Source: Gloeobacterales cyanobacterium (GTDB lineage: Bacteria; Cyanobacteriota; Cyanobacteriia; Gloeobacterales; PMM-0068). Taken from it: a stretch of DNA of 64,000 nt. The stretch is from contig JBBRSB010000006.1 in NCBI GenBank assembly GCA_038245785.1, positions 32,001 to 96,000 on the forward strand. Reading direction: 5' to 3'. The notes under the pieces were generated by a model. That model was not told the origin of the DNA. It made no database searches and saw only the letters and a program-made list of their open reading frames with translations. Shown piece after piece: positions 1 through 10,310 of this stretch (positions are counted from its first letter, which is position 1; each line of letters starts with the position of its first letter). The position numbers were made by a program, and so were the translations under genes.

Positions 1-377
1 GGCTGTAGGTAAATGGCCAAGGAGGCACTGACCAAAATAGTGCGGTGTCCCTTGCTTTGATGCCAGCGCAGACGTTCCACGGCCTCATAGCGTAGCCATT
101 TGGGGATTTCACATTCAGCAAAGTGTTCAGCTGCCTTGTACAATTGCTCTTGGGAAATACCAGCAAGGAAATGGGTTAAAACAACCTGTTTGGCTCGCCA
201 GTTAGGAATCAAGCGCAGTCTGTAGGCTGTGAGGATAGGGCTGAGTCTCAACATTTTCATGAAGTACTGCTGGGTTCCAACTACTGAGTAAAGGAAGGGT
301 AAGAGCGTGTCACGGTAAGTCAGGGTTTCATCAAAGTCGAAAGCGGCAACAGTTCCTATGGTGTTCTTCATGACCAT
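1..377 (-). CDS. HAD-superfamily (IB-type) phosphatase, 3'-truncated by window edge
   Basis: Manual translation from ATG 377: MVMKNTIGTVAAFDFDETLTYRDTLLPF, with HAD motif I DxD; open to the window start; directly follows the SMR-type gene. Confidence 0.8.
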   Translation of the reverse strand, partial: MVMKNTIGTVAAFDFDETLTYRDTLLPFLYSVVGTQQYFMKMLRLSPILTAYRLRLIPNWRAKQVVLTHFLAGISQEQLYKAAEHFAECEIPKWLRYEAVERLRWHQSKGHRTILVSASLAIYLQ

Positions 378-380
378 TAC

Positions 381-725
381 CTATCCGTGGGACATCTTTG
401 CAAGATATATGAGGACTATTCCACCCATAATTACCAAAGTTCCTAACCACTGAAGCGGGCTAACTATTTCACCTAGAAAAAAGGTGCTGACTACTACTGT
501 AGCGATCAAGGTTATGCCAATGATCGTAGGGTATACAAAACTAAGTTCCAGCTTGCCAAGTGCTGTAATGTAGAGGATCGTGCTAAGACCATAGGCTACT
601 AGACCACCTGCAAGGTTGACATTAAAGAGGTCCTTGCCTGCGCCTAGCTTCAGAAGAGTTTGAGCCAGAGTGTTCAACCCAGCTGTGAGCAGGACAGTAA
701 CTAGAAGAATCAACCCTTGAAACAT
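381..725 (-). CDS. Small multidrug-resistance/EamA-type 4-TM protein (ArnE/F-like lipid-sugar flippase candidate)
   Basis: 114 aa, four hydrophobic helices, LELSFVYP and FLGEIVSPLQWLG motifs. Confidence 0.8.
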   Translation of the reverse strand: MFQGLILLVTVLLTAGLNTLAQTLLKLGAGKDLFNVNLAGGLVAYGLSTILYITALGKLELSFVYPTIIGITLIATVVVSTFFLGEIVSPLQWLGTLVIMGGIVLIYLAKMSHG

Positions 726-848
726 GATGTGTGGCCTTGAAAACTTAAAAATTATTCTAGAACCACTACCATACTTGCCAGCCTGCTAACGTGGTGTTGA
801 AAGAGAGAGGTATCTTCTTGATTTCATCCTCTTAGATGCGTTAGATAT

Positions 849-1823
849 TTATTGTAGAATCCCCGCATGATTTAACCAGAGGATAGTCAGACAGCTGATT
901 CCCCAAGTAAAGACCGTTAACAATATGCCGCGATCGTTTATCAAGACCTCCTCGGGTCTTTCTGTCTGTTCTTCGCTATCCCCATTCTGACTCCGACGTG
1001 TGATTTCCTGAGGATCGCTGAGCAACTGATAGCGAAAAATACCATACAGCACAAAAGGCAATGAGAGCATCATCCATGCTGTCGGTGCTCCTCTGACCAC
1101 TGGTCCAGAGGCCCAGAGAGCATAACAAACCAATGCTGATGTGGTCACCACACTTTCCATGCGCGTCAGTAAATCCAGAGAGTATCGCTCTAGCACTTTG
1201 CGTGAAGGTATTCCACGTTTCTCGCAGATCCTCAACTCCGCCTTGCGCTTCTCTACTCCCAAAAACAACGCCAGCATCGCTGTGCATAATAAAAACCATG
1301 GAGAAAGGGCTACGCCCGCTGCCACACCGCCTGCACAAGCCCGAAGCACAAACCCCATAGCAATGGCCAACACATCTAGAATGACCGTCTGCTTAAGTTT
1401 AAGATTGTATGCAATCTGCATCGCAGCGTAGGCAATCAATATAAGTCCCAGACCTGTTGAGTACCATAAACCAAACCCCAGGCTACCAGCCAGAAGAAGA
1501 ATAGCCATGACAATGGCTGCTGGAACAGGGACCCAACCAGCAGCGATGGGCCGCTTACACTTAACCGGATGTAAGCGGTCCGCTTCAACATCGACTACAT
1601 CGTTGACCAGATAGAAACTACTTGAAAGGCAACAAAATAGCCAGAAGGCTACCGTACTATCAGTCCATGCCCCTGGCTCAAGACGAAAAGCAAAGAGGAC
1701 AGCCGCAAAGATAATAAGGTTCTTGGTCCACTGTCGTGGACGCATAGCTATTAATAAAGACCCGGGGAATGAAGATAAACTAGCTTTAACTACTCGAATG
1801 CTTAAATTAGAATGATTATTCAT
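849..1823 (-). CDS. Decaprenyl-phosphate phosphoribosyltransferase (UbiA family, DPPR synthase-like)
   Basis: MRPRQWTKN, YLVNDVVDVEADRLHPVKCKRPIAAG, KRKAEL and YGIFRY motifs characteristic of Rv3806c-like enzymes. Confidence 0.9.
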   Translation of the reverse strand: MNNHSNLSIRVVKASLSSFPGSLLIAMRPRQWTKNLIIFAAVLFAFRLEPGAWTDSTVAFWLFCCLSSSFYLVNDVVDVEADRLHPVKCKRPIAAGWVPVPAAIVMAILLLAGSLGFGLWYSTGLGLILIAYAAMQIAYNLKLKQTVILDVLAIAMGFVLRACAGGVAAGVALSPWFLLCTAMLALFLGVEKRKAELRICEKRGIPSRKVLERYSLDLLTRMESVVTTSALVCYALWASGPVVRGAPTAWMMLSLPFVLYGIFRYQLLSDPQEITRRSQNGDSEEQTERPEEVLINDRGILLTVFTWGISCLTILWLNHAGILQ

Positions 1824-2081
1824 AACGATAAACCGTAATATGAGGAACCATGATGCAATTAGTTAATCATATAAACTTTCCATAGGGGAGCCAGTTCGAT
1901 ATGCTACAAAGTAAGAAATTAAAATATAAGCTTGCCAATTAGGTTACAGTTTAAGGCTAAAATCCATAAATTCATAATCTACTTCGGGCTTATTTGATAC
2001 AAAACATCCGCTGTATGCCTTGATAAATCTATAGGTGATACGATATTTATTATGCCTGGTTCACTAATTTCGCCTATTCAA

Positions 2082-2106
2082 AGATCCCCTCATTTTTGAG
2101 GGGTCT
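2082..2106. terminator. Inverted repeat downstream of the GMC gene (possible terminator)
   Basis: agatcccctca-tttt-tgaggggtct hairpin ~90 nt after the GMC stop; U-tail weak. Confidence 0.4.
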
Positions 2107-2195
2107 GGATATCAAACAGTATGGCAAAAGGCTCTCAAAGGTCAAGCTTAGACATCTTCAGCAGCAAGCTTTTGAGGAAATTCTCGATTAATAAT

Positions 2196-3674
2196 TTACG
2201 CTTTTACTTTCCTAATCAAATGGTCTGCAAGACGTAAAGAAAGTTGAACAATCGTTAAAGTTGGGTTAGCATGACCGCCTCGTGGAAAGACAGATCCACC
2301 CACAACGTACATATTAGACTGATTGAAAAGTTTGCAATTTTTATCAACTATCCCACTAGAAGAAGAAGTTGACATCCTTGTTCCGCCTAGATGATGGCCA
2401 TAGAGATGCTCCTCGTTATCCACGGGTGGATCCTTCTCATTAATAAGCCAGTCACTGAGTTTAACTCTGCCCAAGTTATTTACGGCAATAAATTTTGCAA
2501 ATTCATAGGCTGTAGTTTTGGCTGCTCTATACTCAGATTTCTTTTTTCGCCAATGCAATTCCAAAGTTGGCATTCCTAGCCGATCACGTTTATCTGAAAG
2601 AATTATCTTATTGTTAGGATCTGGTACTTGTTCCCATATTCCCAAAAGTTGACGAACAAATACCTTATAGCCAGAATCCAACAGGCCCTGCGCTAGAAAA
2701 GGCGCTATTTTAAAAATCTCTGTAGCTATTTTTTCCTTTAGTTGATCCTTGTCATGAAGAGGCACTGTTAACGCTCCCGCTGCTCCCTCTATAGGGTCGG
2801 CTCGTAGTATAGGATCAACTCTCAATGTGATGTTCATTAATTTATTCTTATCTAAAAAATCTTTATTAGGAGAATAATTTACTAATCCATCAGGCAAGGG
2901 ATCTTTATCACCCCACATCAAAACTCTGCCCAATTCGAAGTGAGGATGAGACATCCAATACTTGCCTAGAGTGTCTGCATTTTGGATTAACCTACCACCG
3001 GAGAGTTTATTAGACCACAACAAAAGTCTTGAATTTTCCATTCCTCCTGTAGCCAAAATATAAAATTTACTTTTAATCTTAAAGTCTTTGTTTGTATCCG
3101 TTTTAAAAGTAGCTTCTTGTATGTAGTTACCACCTGTTTCAAGGCTGAACAGATTTGCATTGAAAAGCAATTCACAATATTTAGATTTCTTCAAAACATC
3201 TAAGTACTTTTCCTTAAAACGAACAGGCCCAGACAGCTTAAAATCAACCTGATTAAAGTAACTACCTAATTCCTGATCTTTGAAATTGTTCTTTATCTCG
3301 AGGATCTTGCAGGCTTCACCTAGGTACTTTGACAGTGCAGCTTTGTTGATGGGCCAAGCAGGAATTGAACTATCAAAACTGCATTCGGTGAAATCATACT
3401 CATCTAAAGGTCTACAGTAACCACCCCAATGATTTGTGGTGCCACCAAAGTATCTTAGTCTGCTGTAAGCGACATCTAGTTCTGGATCGGCAACAACTTT
3501 GCCTTTGTAAAGTGACTGTGACTCTTCTGAATAGTCATCTTGGCCACCTTCACAAAGCAAAACATTTATTTTTGCTTTTGCAAGTTCCGAGGCGATCGTA
3601 ATTCCTGCTGCTCCTGCTCCAATTACACAAACATCGTAGGTCTTCGAACTGGCTCGCCTAGTATCTATAATCAT
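2196..3674 (-). CDS. GMC-family FAD oxidoreductase
   Basis: GAGAAG dinucleotide fold, RLRYFGGTTNHWGG, HHLGGTRM, GHANPTLTIVQL; start moved to ATG 3674 (MIIDTRR), which overlaps the upstream stop (ATGA). Confidence 0.9.
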   Translation of the reverse strand: MIIDTRRASSKTYDVCVIGAGAAGITIASELAKAKINVLLCEGGQDDYSEESQSLYKGKVVADPELDVAYSRLRYFGGTTNHWGGYCRPLDEYDFTECSFDSSIPAWPINKAALSKYLGEACKILEIKNNFKDQELGSYFNQVDFKLSGPVRFKEKYLDVLKKSKYCELLFNANLFSLETGGNYIQEATFKTDTNKDFKIKSKFYILATGGMENSRLLLWSNKLSGGRLIQNADTLGKYWMSHPHFELGRVLMWGDKDPLPDGLVNYSPNKDFLDKNKLMNITLRVDPILRADPIEGAAGALTVPLHDKDQLKEKIATEIFKIAPFLAQGLLDSGYKVFVRQLLGIWEQVPDPNNKIILSDKRDRLGMPTLELHWRKKKSEYRAAKTTAYEFAKFIAVNNLGRVKLSDWLINEKDPPVDNEEHLYGHHLGGTRMSTSSSSGIVDKNCKLFNQSNMYVVGGSVFPRGGHANPTLTIVQLSLRLADHLIRKVKA

Positions 3675-3826
3675 AAATCTGAGCTGAGTAAAACCCAACC
3701 ATCTACGGTAACTATTTCCGGTTTCATTGCTTTTGAATGTTCTTTTTTCTCATTCAAGAGTCCTAAGCCTGATAACACCAGCATGCCACTGGTCATATTT
3801 CTTAAGATTGTTCGCCTCTTCACCAC
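3671..3826 (-). CDS. 51-aa twin-arginine-signal microprotein (absent from the ORF track)
   Basis: GTG start 8 nt after AGAGGA; MVKRRTILRNMTSGMLVLSGLGLLNEKKEHSKAMKPEIVTVDGWVLLSSDL*; stop overlaps the GMC start. Confidence 0.75.
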   Translation of the reverse strand: MVKRRTILRNMTSGMLVLSGLGLLNEKKEHSKAMKPEIVTVDGWVLLSSDL

Positions 3827-4140
3827 AAGATCAATCCTCTGAGTTTGTGTATTTTGCCGTATTCTCTTTTAGCGTAATTTCGAATCACTTCGCAAGTTTT
3901 CATATCGATGCTGTTCTAGAATACCCCAGCAGAACCCTGTACTTTCTATAGCGGAAGAATATATTAGTAGAATTCTCAAGGCTATACTGCATTCCTACAT
4001 GCTTTGGATTAAGCTATAACCCATGTCACGCAAGGCTTTCACGTATCACTTTCACCCTATCTCTGATCAGGGAATTATCCTTGCGTCGGACGCTGAAGAG
4101 TGTCAATTTAGAGAAACAGCAGAAGAGCGCGTGTATAGTT

Positions 4141-4779
4141 TCAGGGTACTAGTGCCACAATTTGAAAGTGTGGATACCAAAGAGTCCAACGGAGCACTGG
4201 TTGGCCAACTGTGGCTCCAGTTGATTGCAAAACTTTAACAACATCTTTACTTTGACGTTGATGAACCCATTCTCTTGCCAGCAACAAGTCATGAAGCTGA
4301 TTCATAAAGGAGCCGAGAATTTTAGATGCCTCAATATCTTTAATGATTACCATTGATCCCGAATCCATACCTGCAATTATTTTACGAAGAAAATCATCTT
4401 GTAGTTTTGCAGGTATGTGGTGTAAAACATCAACCATAGTTACAGTGTCATATCCATGTAGATCTGGCGGTGTTTCTTCCGGAGGCAAATGGATAACCTG
4501 AAATACTTCAGGTTCCATTTCAAAAGCCTTAGCAGCTTTCACTGCTTCAGAAGAGATCTCATAACCATGAGCTACTTTTACTGAACGCAACTTTAAAGCT
4601 AGATAAAGTAACGCTCCGGTCCCACAACCAATATCATAAAGGCGGGTACCTTTGGGAATCTTAGCAAGAACCATATCAAGAGGACAGATAAATGGGCGAT
4701 AGCGCGTTTTCAGTGCAGTAAGCCCAGACATTTTTTGACAAGGTAATTTCAACTCATTGGCAAGACTAGAACTATTCAT
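4141..4779 (-). CDS. Class I SAM-dependent methyltransferase
   Basis: LYDIGCGTG motif I; YDTVTMVDVLHHI motif. Confidence 0.85.
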   Translation of the reverse strand: MNSSSLANELKLPCQKMSGLTALKTRYRPFICPLDMVLAKIPKGTRLYDIGCGTGALLYLALKLRSVKVAHGYEISSEAVKAAKAFEMEPEVFQVIHLPPEETPPDLHGYDTVTMVDVLHHIPAKLQDDFLRKIIAGMDSGSMVIIKDIEASKILGSFMNQLHDLLLAREWVHQRQSKDVVKVLQSTGATVGQPVLRWTLWYPHFQIVALVP

Positions 4780-5380
4780 ATAAGTTTCTAGATAAAATGG
4801 CTACAGATGAAACTTCTTTGGGTCGCTAACTACGTCCACTCTGTTCAAGGTTATCACTAAATATTATACAAGACAAACCAAGATGACCAGCCTCTAGGAA
4901 GTAGACCCCCATACCAGTGGGGACCAGCACTCCAGAGAGCATAGGTGACTATAGTGCTTCACTGAAACTGGACAGGTACAGGAAAAAACCTACGGTGTAT
5001 ATCGATGAGCCTCCCCCTGGGCAATGTTGGGCACCAAACAAAAATAGTTCCTACCTTATTCCCCCAGAGAATCGGTCAAAATCTGTATTGATTTGGCATT
5101 TTTCATTTTCTATCTCTTAGAGATTAAGTTCAATAAATTTAAATGGTTTTACCAGTCCTTTAATGTGTTGCCTATGAAGCAAATATAAGCTTGTTTCTTA
5201 GAAACTACCTAAGAGAAATTTATGGCCTTGTCCTCATCCCCCATGCGCTATGCGGCAAAATTGTATTTTTCTAACACCCTACAAATTAATGAACTCCTTG
5301 CTCATTCGAAGGAAATCCTCTTAGCGTCTAGATTGTCCTGACACAACCACGTATTTATAAAGATAACTGTATCTAAAAAG

Positions 5381-5397
5381 ACCCGTATTTTACGGGA
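5381..5397. promoter_or_regulatory. Palindrome CCCGTA-ttt-TACGGG upstream of the flavoprotein-GtrA gene
   Basis: 6-bp perfect inverted repeat ~65 nt before the start codon, in a divergent intergenic region; cognate regulator unknown. Confidence 0.3.
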
Positions 5398-5460
5398 TTT
5401 TATGCTTAGATTTTTATGTTTAGATGACGTTACAAAACAAAGTAGTGGATTAAAGATACT

Positions 5461-7344
5461 GTGACACAACAACATGCAGCTCCATTTTACGTCCTTGGGG
5501 GTGGTCCAGCTGGCTTAGCAGCGGCTTACACACTCTGCAAACAAGGGCATTCTGTCGTCGTTGTCGAACGGGACTCCACTGTCGGTGGACTGGCTAAGAG
5601 CTTCGAGCATGAGGGCTTCACTCTCGACTATGGGCCTCACCGATTCTTTACTAAGCTTCGTCCGGTGCTTCAATTCTGGAACGAGGTCCTCGGGGACGAA
5701 CAGGTAACTGTTAACCGTCTCACGCGTATCTACTATGGCAATCGCTACTTCAGCTACCCGCTTAAGGCATTCGAGGCCCTATTAACCCTTGGTTTCACGG
5801 AAAGTGCGCGTATCGTAGCATCCTATCTCACCGCTCAACTTTTCCCTAACCGCTCCCCCAAGAACTTCGCTGAGTGGGTGAGCGGGCGCTTCGGTCGTCG
5901 CCTTTTTGAGATTTTCTTTGAGGGTTATACCGAAAAGCTCTGGGGTATTCCCTGCTCAGAAATTTCTGCTGACTGGGCTGCACAGCGTATTAAAGGCCTA
6001 TCGCTCTTGTCTGCTGTTCGGAGCGCACTCTTGGGTAACAACGGCAAGGTCAAGAGCCTCGTCGACCAATTTCAATTTCCTCGCCTGGGTTCGGGTCAGC
6101 TATATGACCGGGCTGCAGACTACTTAACTAGTCATGGGCAGACGGTACTCCTTGATACAGAAGTATTGCGCATCCACCATCAAAACAACCAAGCCCAAGC
6201 TCTCACGCTCAAGGACTGCCGAACCGGCGAAGAGCGGATAGTGGAATGTTCTGGGGTGATCAGCTCGATACCTTTGACGCATTTAGTCGAGCAACTGACC
6301 CCGGCAGCACCCGAACCCGTCAAACAGATGGCGAAGTCTTTGCGCTTTCGTAACACAGTGCTCGTCTATGTAATGGTCGATAGTGGCCAGCTCTTCCCTG
6401 ATAACTGGCTATACATTAATGACCCGAGTGTTCAATTAGGTCGGGTTACTAACTTCGCCAACTGGTCTGCCGACATGCTACCTAACCGCGAACAAACTCC
6501 ACTTTGCTGTGAATACTGGTGCCAGTTTGAGGGGTTATGGAAGATGGACGACGACGAGCTTATAGCCATGGCTGAGCGAGATCTGCGCAAGATTGGGCTG
6601 TTGAATGATGAGGCGGTCAACGGAGGATTTGTGATTCGGCTGCCACGCACTTACCCAATTTATGCGGGGAACTATAAGGAGGCGCTTGCGACCATTCAGA
6701 ATCATTTGCAGGGCATCAACAACCTTCAAGCAGTTGGGCGATACGGAGCGTTCAAGTACAACAACCAGGATCATAGTCTGCTGATGGGAATTATGGCCGC
6801 GGAAAACGTGACCACGCCGGGTAAGCACGACCTTTGGACGGTTAACTCTGACGATGACTACCAGGAGGAAGCGAAGGAAAGCGAGACAACCACACCTGTG
6901 GCTGAACAAAGCCCTGTCAAGAAACCAGTACTACCCCGGCTGATAAATCAACTAGGAACTTATCTTCTGACAGGCGGAATTGCAACGATTATAGATGTGA
7001 TGGTGTTTTCCGGATTGACCAAGGCCGGCATTTGGTATGTATTCGCCCTTTGCATTAGCTACTTTTTTGGTCTGACCACCAATTTCTGGTTGAGCCAGCG
7101 CTACGTCTTCGGCATATACTGGCAAAACTGGCGATTGCAGTATGTGGTATTTGCGACTGTTGCACTTAACAGCTTACTCGCGAACCTTGGCTTGCTGCAA
7201 TTGCTCATTAATGAACTCGGATGGGATGCGACGTTAGCACGCCTAGTAAGTGCTGGTTCTGTGGCAATGCTGAGCTTTGCTGGACACAAGCTCTACTCAT
7301 TCAAGGGTGAGTATGAGGCGCAGAGTGAGCGAAGCACAGGCTAA
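5461..7344 (+). CDS. FAD-dependent oxidoreductase (UDP-galactopyranose mutase/HemY-like) fused to a C-terminal GtrA domain
   Basis: GGGPAGL, DYGPHRFF, YTEKLWG, GRYGAFKYNNQDHS; last ~130 aa has four TM helices with GtrA-type YLLTGGIATIID and NFWLSQRYVF. Confidence 0.85.
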   Translation: MTQQHAAPFYVLGGGPAGLAAAYTLCKQGHSVVVVERDSTVGGLAKSFEHEGFTLDYGPHRFFTKLRPVLQFWNEVLGDEQVTVNRLTRIYYGNRYFSYPLKAFEALLTLGFTESARIVASYLTAQLFPNRSPKNFAEWVSGRFGRRLFEIFFEGYTEKLWGIPCSEISADWAAQRIKGLSLLSAVRSALLGNNGKVKSLVDQFQFPRLGSGQLYDRAADYLTSHGQTVLLDTEVLRIHHQNNQAQALTLKDCRTGEERIVECSGVISSIPLTHLVEQLTPAAPEPVKQMAKSLRFRNTVLVYVMVDSGQLFPDNWLYINDPSVQLGRVTNFANWSADMLPNREQTPLCCEYWCQFEGLWKMDDDELIAMAERDLRKIGLLNDEAVNGGFVIRLPRTYPIYAGNYKEALATIQNHLQGINNLQAVGRYGAFKYNNQDHSLLMGIMAAENVTTPGKHDLWTVNSDDDYQEEAKESETTTPVAEQSPVKKPVLPRLINQLGTYLLTGGIATIIDVMVFSGLTKAGIWYVFALCISYFFGLTTNFWLSQRYVFGIYWQNWRLQYVVFATVALNSLLANLGLLQLLINELGWDATLARLVSAGSVAMLSFAGHKLYSFKGEYEAQSERSTG

Positions 7345-7493
7345 GCAGGGTTGGGTAAAGGGAGTTGCTGAATTAAGGATGAAACTCTTAAACTTCTGTC
7401 AAAGATAAGGTGAAATCATACTTTCATTTAGCAACTCCAGTTAAATTTTTTATACGTATTATTTTGGATCTGGGCCTTATATTTGAGCTTTTA

Positions 7494-9332
7494 ATGAGTA
7501 AACAAATTTTCGAGTCAAAAATGGATAGTACATATAGAGAGAATGACTCTAAATATATCCTCTGGGAGCTGGCTACAGTGCTGGCTATTTGGGTTATTTC
7601 ACTTTTGATGTCTTATTATCCGTATAATCGCGCTCTTGATGAGAGCGATTGGGTGACAGCTCATACATTAATAAGTTTAAGAGCATTAGACAACTGGGGA
7701 TTCTTTCATCTCTTTGGTACGTCAGTGTTAATACCATACAGCTATGAACTGCAAGGAGCGGACCTGACTACGTTCACCAAAGCAGAAGGTATCTATTTAA
7801 GCTATCCATCGCTATGGCTTATATTTCCCTATATGATTTTTAAAATTGTTAGCTTATTTAGTGCCAACTATGAATTAACCCCGGCATTTATCATTACTTA
7901 CAATCTCATTATCAATCGTTTGCTAGGTGGAGTCGTCATATATTTCATCTTGCGATATCTTCTAGACTATTTGTTCAATGATTACTTATTCTACAAAAAA
8001 CTCAGTGTCTTAGGGAGGCGCATCCTGGCAATAATAGGGTTAGCAGGCTGGATGCTTCCTGCCTCTGCGATGGTTAACACACAGAACTTGTATTTTTCGG
8101 ATCAAGCTGTGCTACTACCTATATATTGCCTGTTCCTCTTTACGCTCAAACACAAGTTTGATTTTTGGAATTTTCGCTGGCTAGACCGATTAATTTTAGG
8201 TATTCTTTCGCTAATATCAGTTGGGATGGACTGGTATGGCTTGGTATTTGTGGCTGTACTCTTTGTAAGTGTGACAGTCCCTATGTATTCTAATCATAGT
8301 GATGAATCCAGAAAAGAGATCTTTCGTAAGATTGCTCTGAATATAGCGATGCCCTTGGCTTGTGGTACAGCAATTGCGTTGATTTTTTTCCTCTGTCAGC
8401 TCATATATTTTGACGATGGATTCAAACAAATTATTGAAATTTTTACTCTTCGCACAAGCGAGAGACAAGAGACCACAAGAAGCACGCTCAGTTACCTTGA
8501 GATCTATTCAGGGATTATTGATCACTGGAAAGGGTATTTACCCAAAGTATTTAGGGGTGCCCTGTTTGGGCTGCAAAAATTTCTCCATATACCAGGAGCT
8601 GCGACAACGCTCCTGCTCGTTTTTGCACCAGTTTTAGCTTGGCTGTCTACCTCTAATGCCCGTAGAAACCCAAAAAACTTTGCTGTTCTCAGCCTCCTCT
8701 ATCTTGCTCCATGTATTCAGTTGCTCCTGCTTAAGCAGCATTCCTATGTACATGGATTTTCCGCATTTAAGATGGCCCTTCCAATAGCATTTTCCACCTG
8801 TGTGTTACCAGTAGCCTATGTGATTTCCGCAGCTGGGCGTCTTGATTGGATGCCTAGCTCTTTTAGACGAGCCACCGTTGTCATACTGATTTCTGCCTAT
8901 TTCCTTCCATTCGTACTCAAATTTCCTTCGAGTGACTATCTTGCATTTTCTGACAATAGCGAATCTTTATTTAAAGAGATAGGTGTATTTGTTCATCGAG
9001 AGCTGCCCTCCAAAGCAATAATCTTTTCAAATAGCTTGAAAACTAGTTTAGAGAATAGTGTGCCTTTGCAGCCGCATCTCCTGTGGTACACCGATAGATT
9101 TGTGTATTCACCAAAAGCTTTTGCTTCTGAAAAGTCCAAACTCCAAAAAGGCAGAGTTGATGGAACTGAATTTATATTTATTGATTATGAGAAGACTGTT
9201 CGGGAGAACAAAATAGAGCCAAATGTAACTAAAGCATGTGAGCGCAAATGGTTTAGCTATAGCACAACGATTGAAGGCCGAAGGATTGCAGGTTGTAACG
9301 CTCGAGAATTAAAATTGATTCTAACAAGTTAA
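7494..9332 (+). CDS. Polytopic membrane protein, putative GT-C fold glycosyltransferase
   Basis: About 11-13 TM segments, acidic first loop (ALDESDW), YLSYP motif, soluble C-terminal domain; follows the GtrA fusion; start uncertain (7410/7494/7521). Confidence 0.55.
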   Translation: MSKQIFESKMDSTYRENDSKYILWELATVLAIWVISLLMSYYPYNRALDESDWVTAHTLISLRALDNWGFFHLFGTSVLIPYSYELQGADLTTFTKAEGIYLSYPSLWLIFPYMIFKIVSLFSANYELTPAFIITYNLIINRLLGGVVIYFILRYLLDYLFNDYLFYKKLSVLGRRILAIIGLAGWMLPASAMVNTQNLYFSDQAVLLPIYCLFLFTLKHKFDFWNFRWLDRLILGILSLISVGMDWYGLVFVAVLFVSVTVPMYSNHSDESRKEIFRKIALNIAMPLACGTAIALIFFLCQLIYFDDGFKQIIEIFTLRTSERQETTRSTLSYLEIYSGIIDHWKGYLPKVFRGALFGLQKFLHIPGAATTLLLVFAPVLAWLSTSNARRNPKNFAVLSLLYLAPCIQLLLLKQHSYVHGFSAFKMALPIAFSTCVLPVAYVISAAGRLDWMPSSFRRATVVILISAYFLPFVLKFPSSDYLAFSDNSESLFKEIGVFVHRELPSKAIIFSNSLKTSLENSVPLQPHLLWYTDRFVYSPKAFASEKSKLQKGRVDGTEFIFIDYEKTVRENKIEPNVTKACERKWFSYSTTIEGRRIAGCNARELKLILTS

Positions 9333-9533
9333 AGATCATATATGAGCCTGTCTGTTTCCAGGAAAACCACGACAGAATTTTGTCATTTAAGCAGGGAAAT
9401 TGTGTCTGGAGTTTAAAAGCAACCAATAATACCCAAAAGATTCTCGTTCACCTGGTAAAATTCACAAGTGAGTTAATAGTTCGTATCGAGAATGTGAACG
9501 CTACCCCCGTCTTCTTTTAAAGGACCTACAGCT

Positions 9534-10310
9534 ATGCCCTTAACAAAAAAGTTGCTTGCAGAATTTATAGGAACTTTCTGGCTCGTTTTTGGTGGTTGTG
9601 GCAGTGCTGTTTTGGCGGCGAAATTCACCAGCGGTTTGCCTGCTTTAAGTAAAGACGTTCTCTTTCCCTCAGGAATCGGTCTTTTAGGGGTTTCAATCGC
9701 TTTTGGTTTAACCGTATTAACAGGTGTTTATGCGTTTGGACCTATTTCGGGGGGGCATTTCAACCCAGCAGTTTCTTTAGGTCTCTGGGCCTGTAAACGC
9801 TTCCCAGGATCTGAACTACTGCCCTATATTTTTGCTCAAGTACTAGGCGGCATTTTGGGCTCTGGCATTCTTTATATCATTGCAAGCGGCAAAGCTGGAT
9901 TTGCAACGGAAGTACCATTTATGTTTGATCCATCTGTGGCAGGGGCTTTTGCTACCAATGGCTTTGGCGACCATTCTCCCAATGGCTACAGCTTGCGTTC
10001 TTGCTTCTTAATTGAGTTTATCCTGACCTTCATTTTCTTGATAGTTACACTGGGAGTAACGGATCGGCGTGCTCCATCTAGCTTTGGGGGTGTCGCGATA
10101 GGATTGGCGTTTACCTTGATTCACTTGATCAGTATTCCAGTTACTAATACTTCAGTAAACCCTGCTCGGAGTCTTGCCCCCGCGTTGTTTGTTGGGGGTA
10201 CTCCTCTCTCACAGGTATGGCTCTTCTGGTTAGCGCCCAGCTTAGGTGCGTTGGTAGCAGGTTTCTTATATTACAAATTCTTTGAGCCTTCTCACTCAGA
10301 TGTTTTGTAA
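9534..10310 (+). CDS. aqpZ: Aquaporin Z
   Basis: Two NPA motifs (GHFNPAV, TSVNPAR), [26 protein letters not shown]. Confidence 0.95.
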   Translation: MPLTKKLLAEFIGTFWLVFGGCGSAVLAAKFTSGLPALSKDVLFPSGIGLLGVSIAFGLTVLTGVYAFGPISGGHFNPAVSLGLWACKRFPGSELLPYIFAQVLGGILGSGILYIIASGKAGFATEVPFMFDPSVAGAFATNGFGDHSPNGYSLRSCFLIEFILTFIFLIVTLGVTDRRAPSSFGGVAIGLAFTLIHLISIPVTNTSVNPARSLAPALFVGGTPLSQVWLFWLAPSLGALVAGFLYYKFFEPSHSDVL

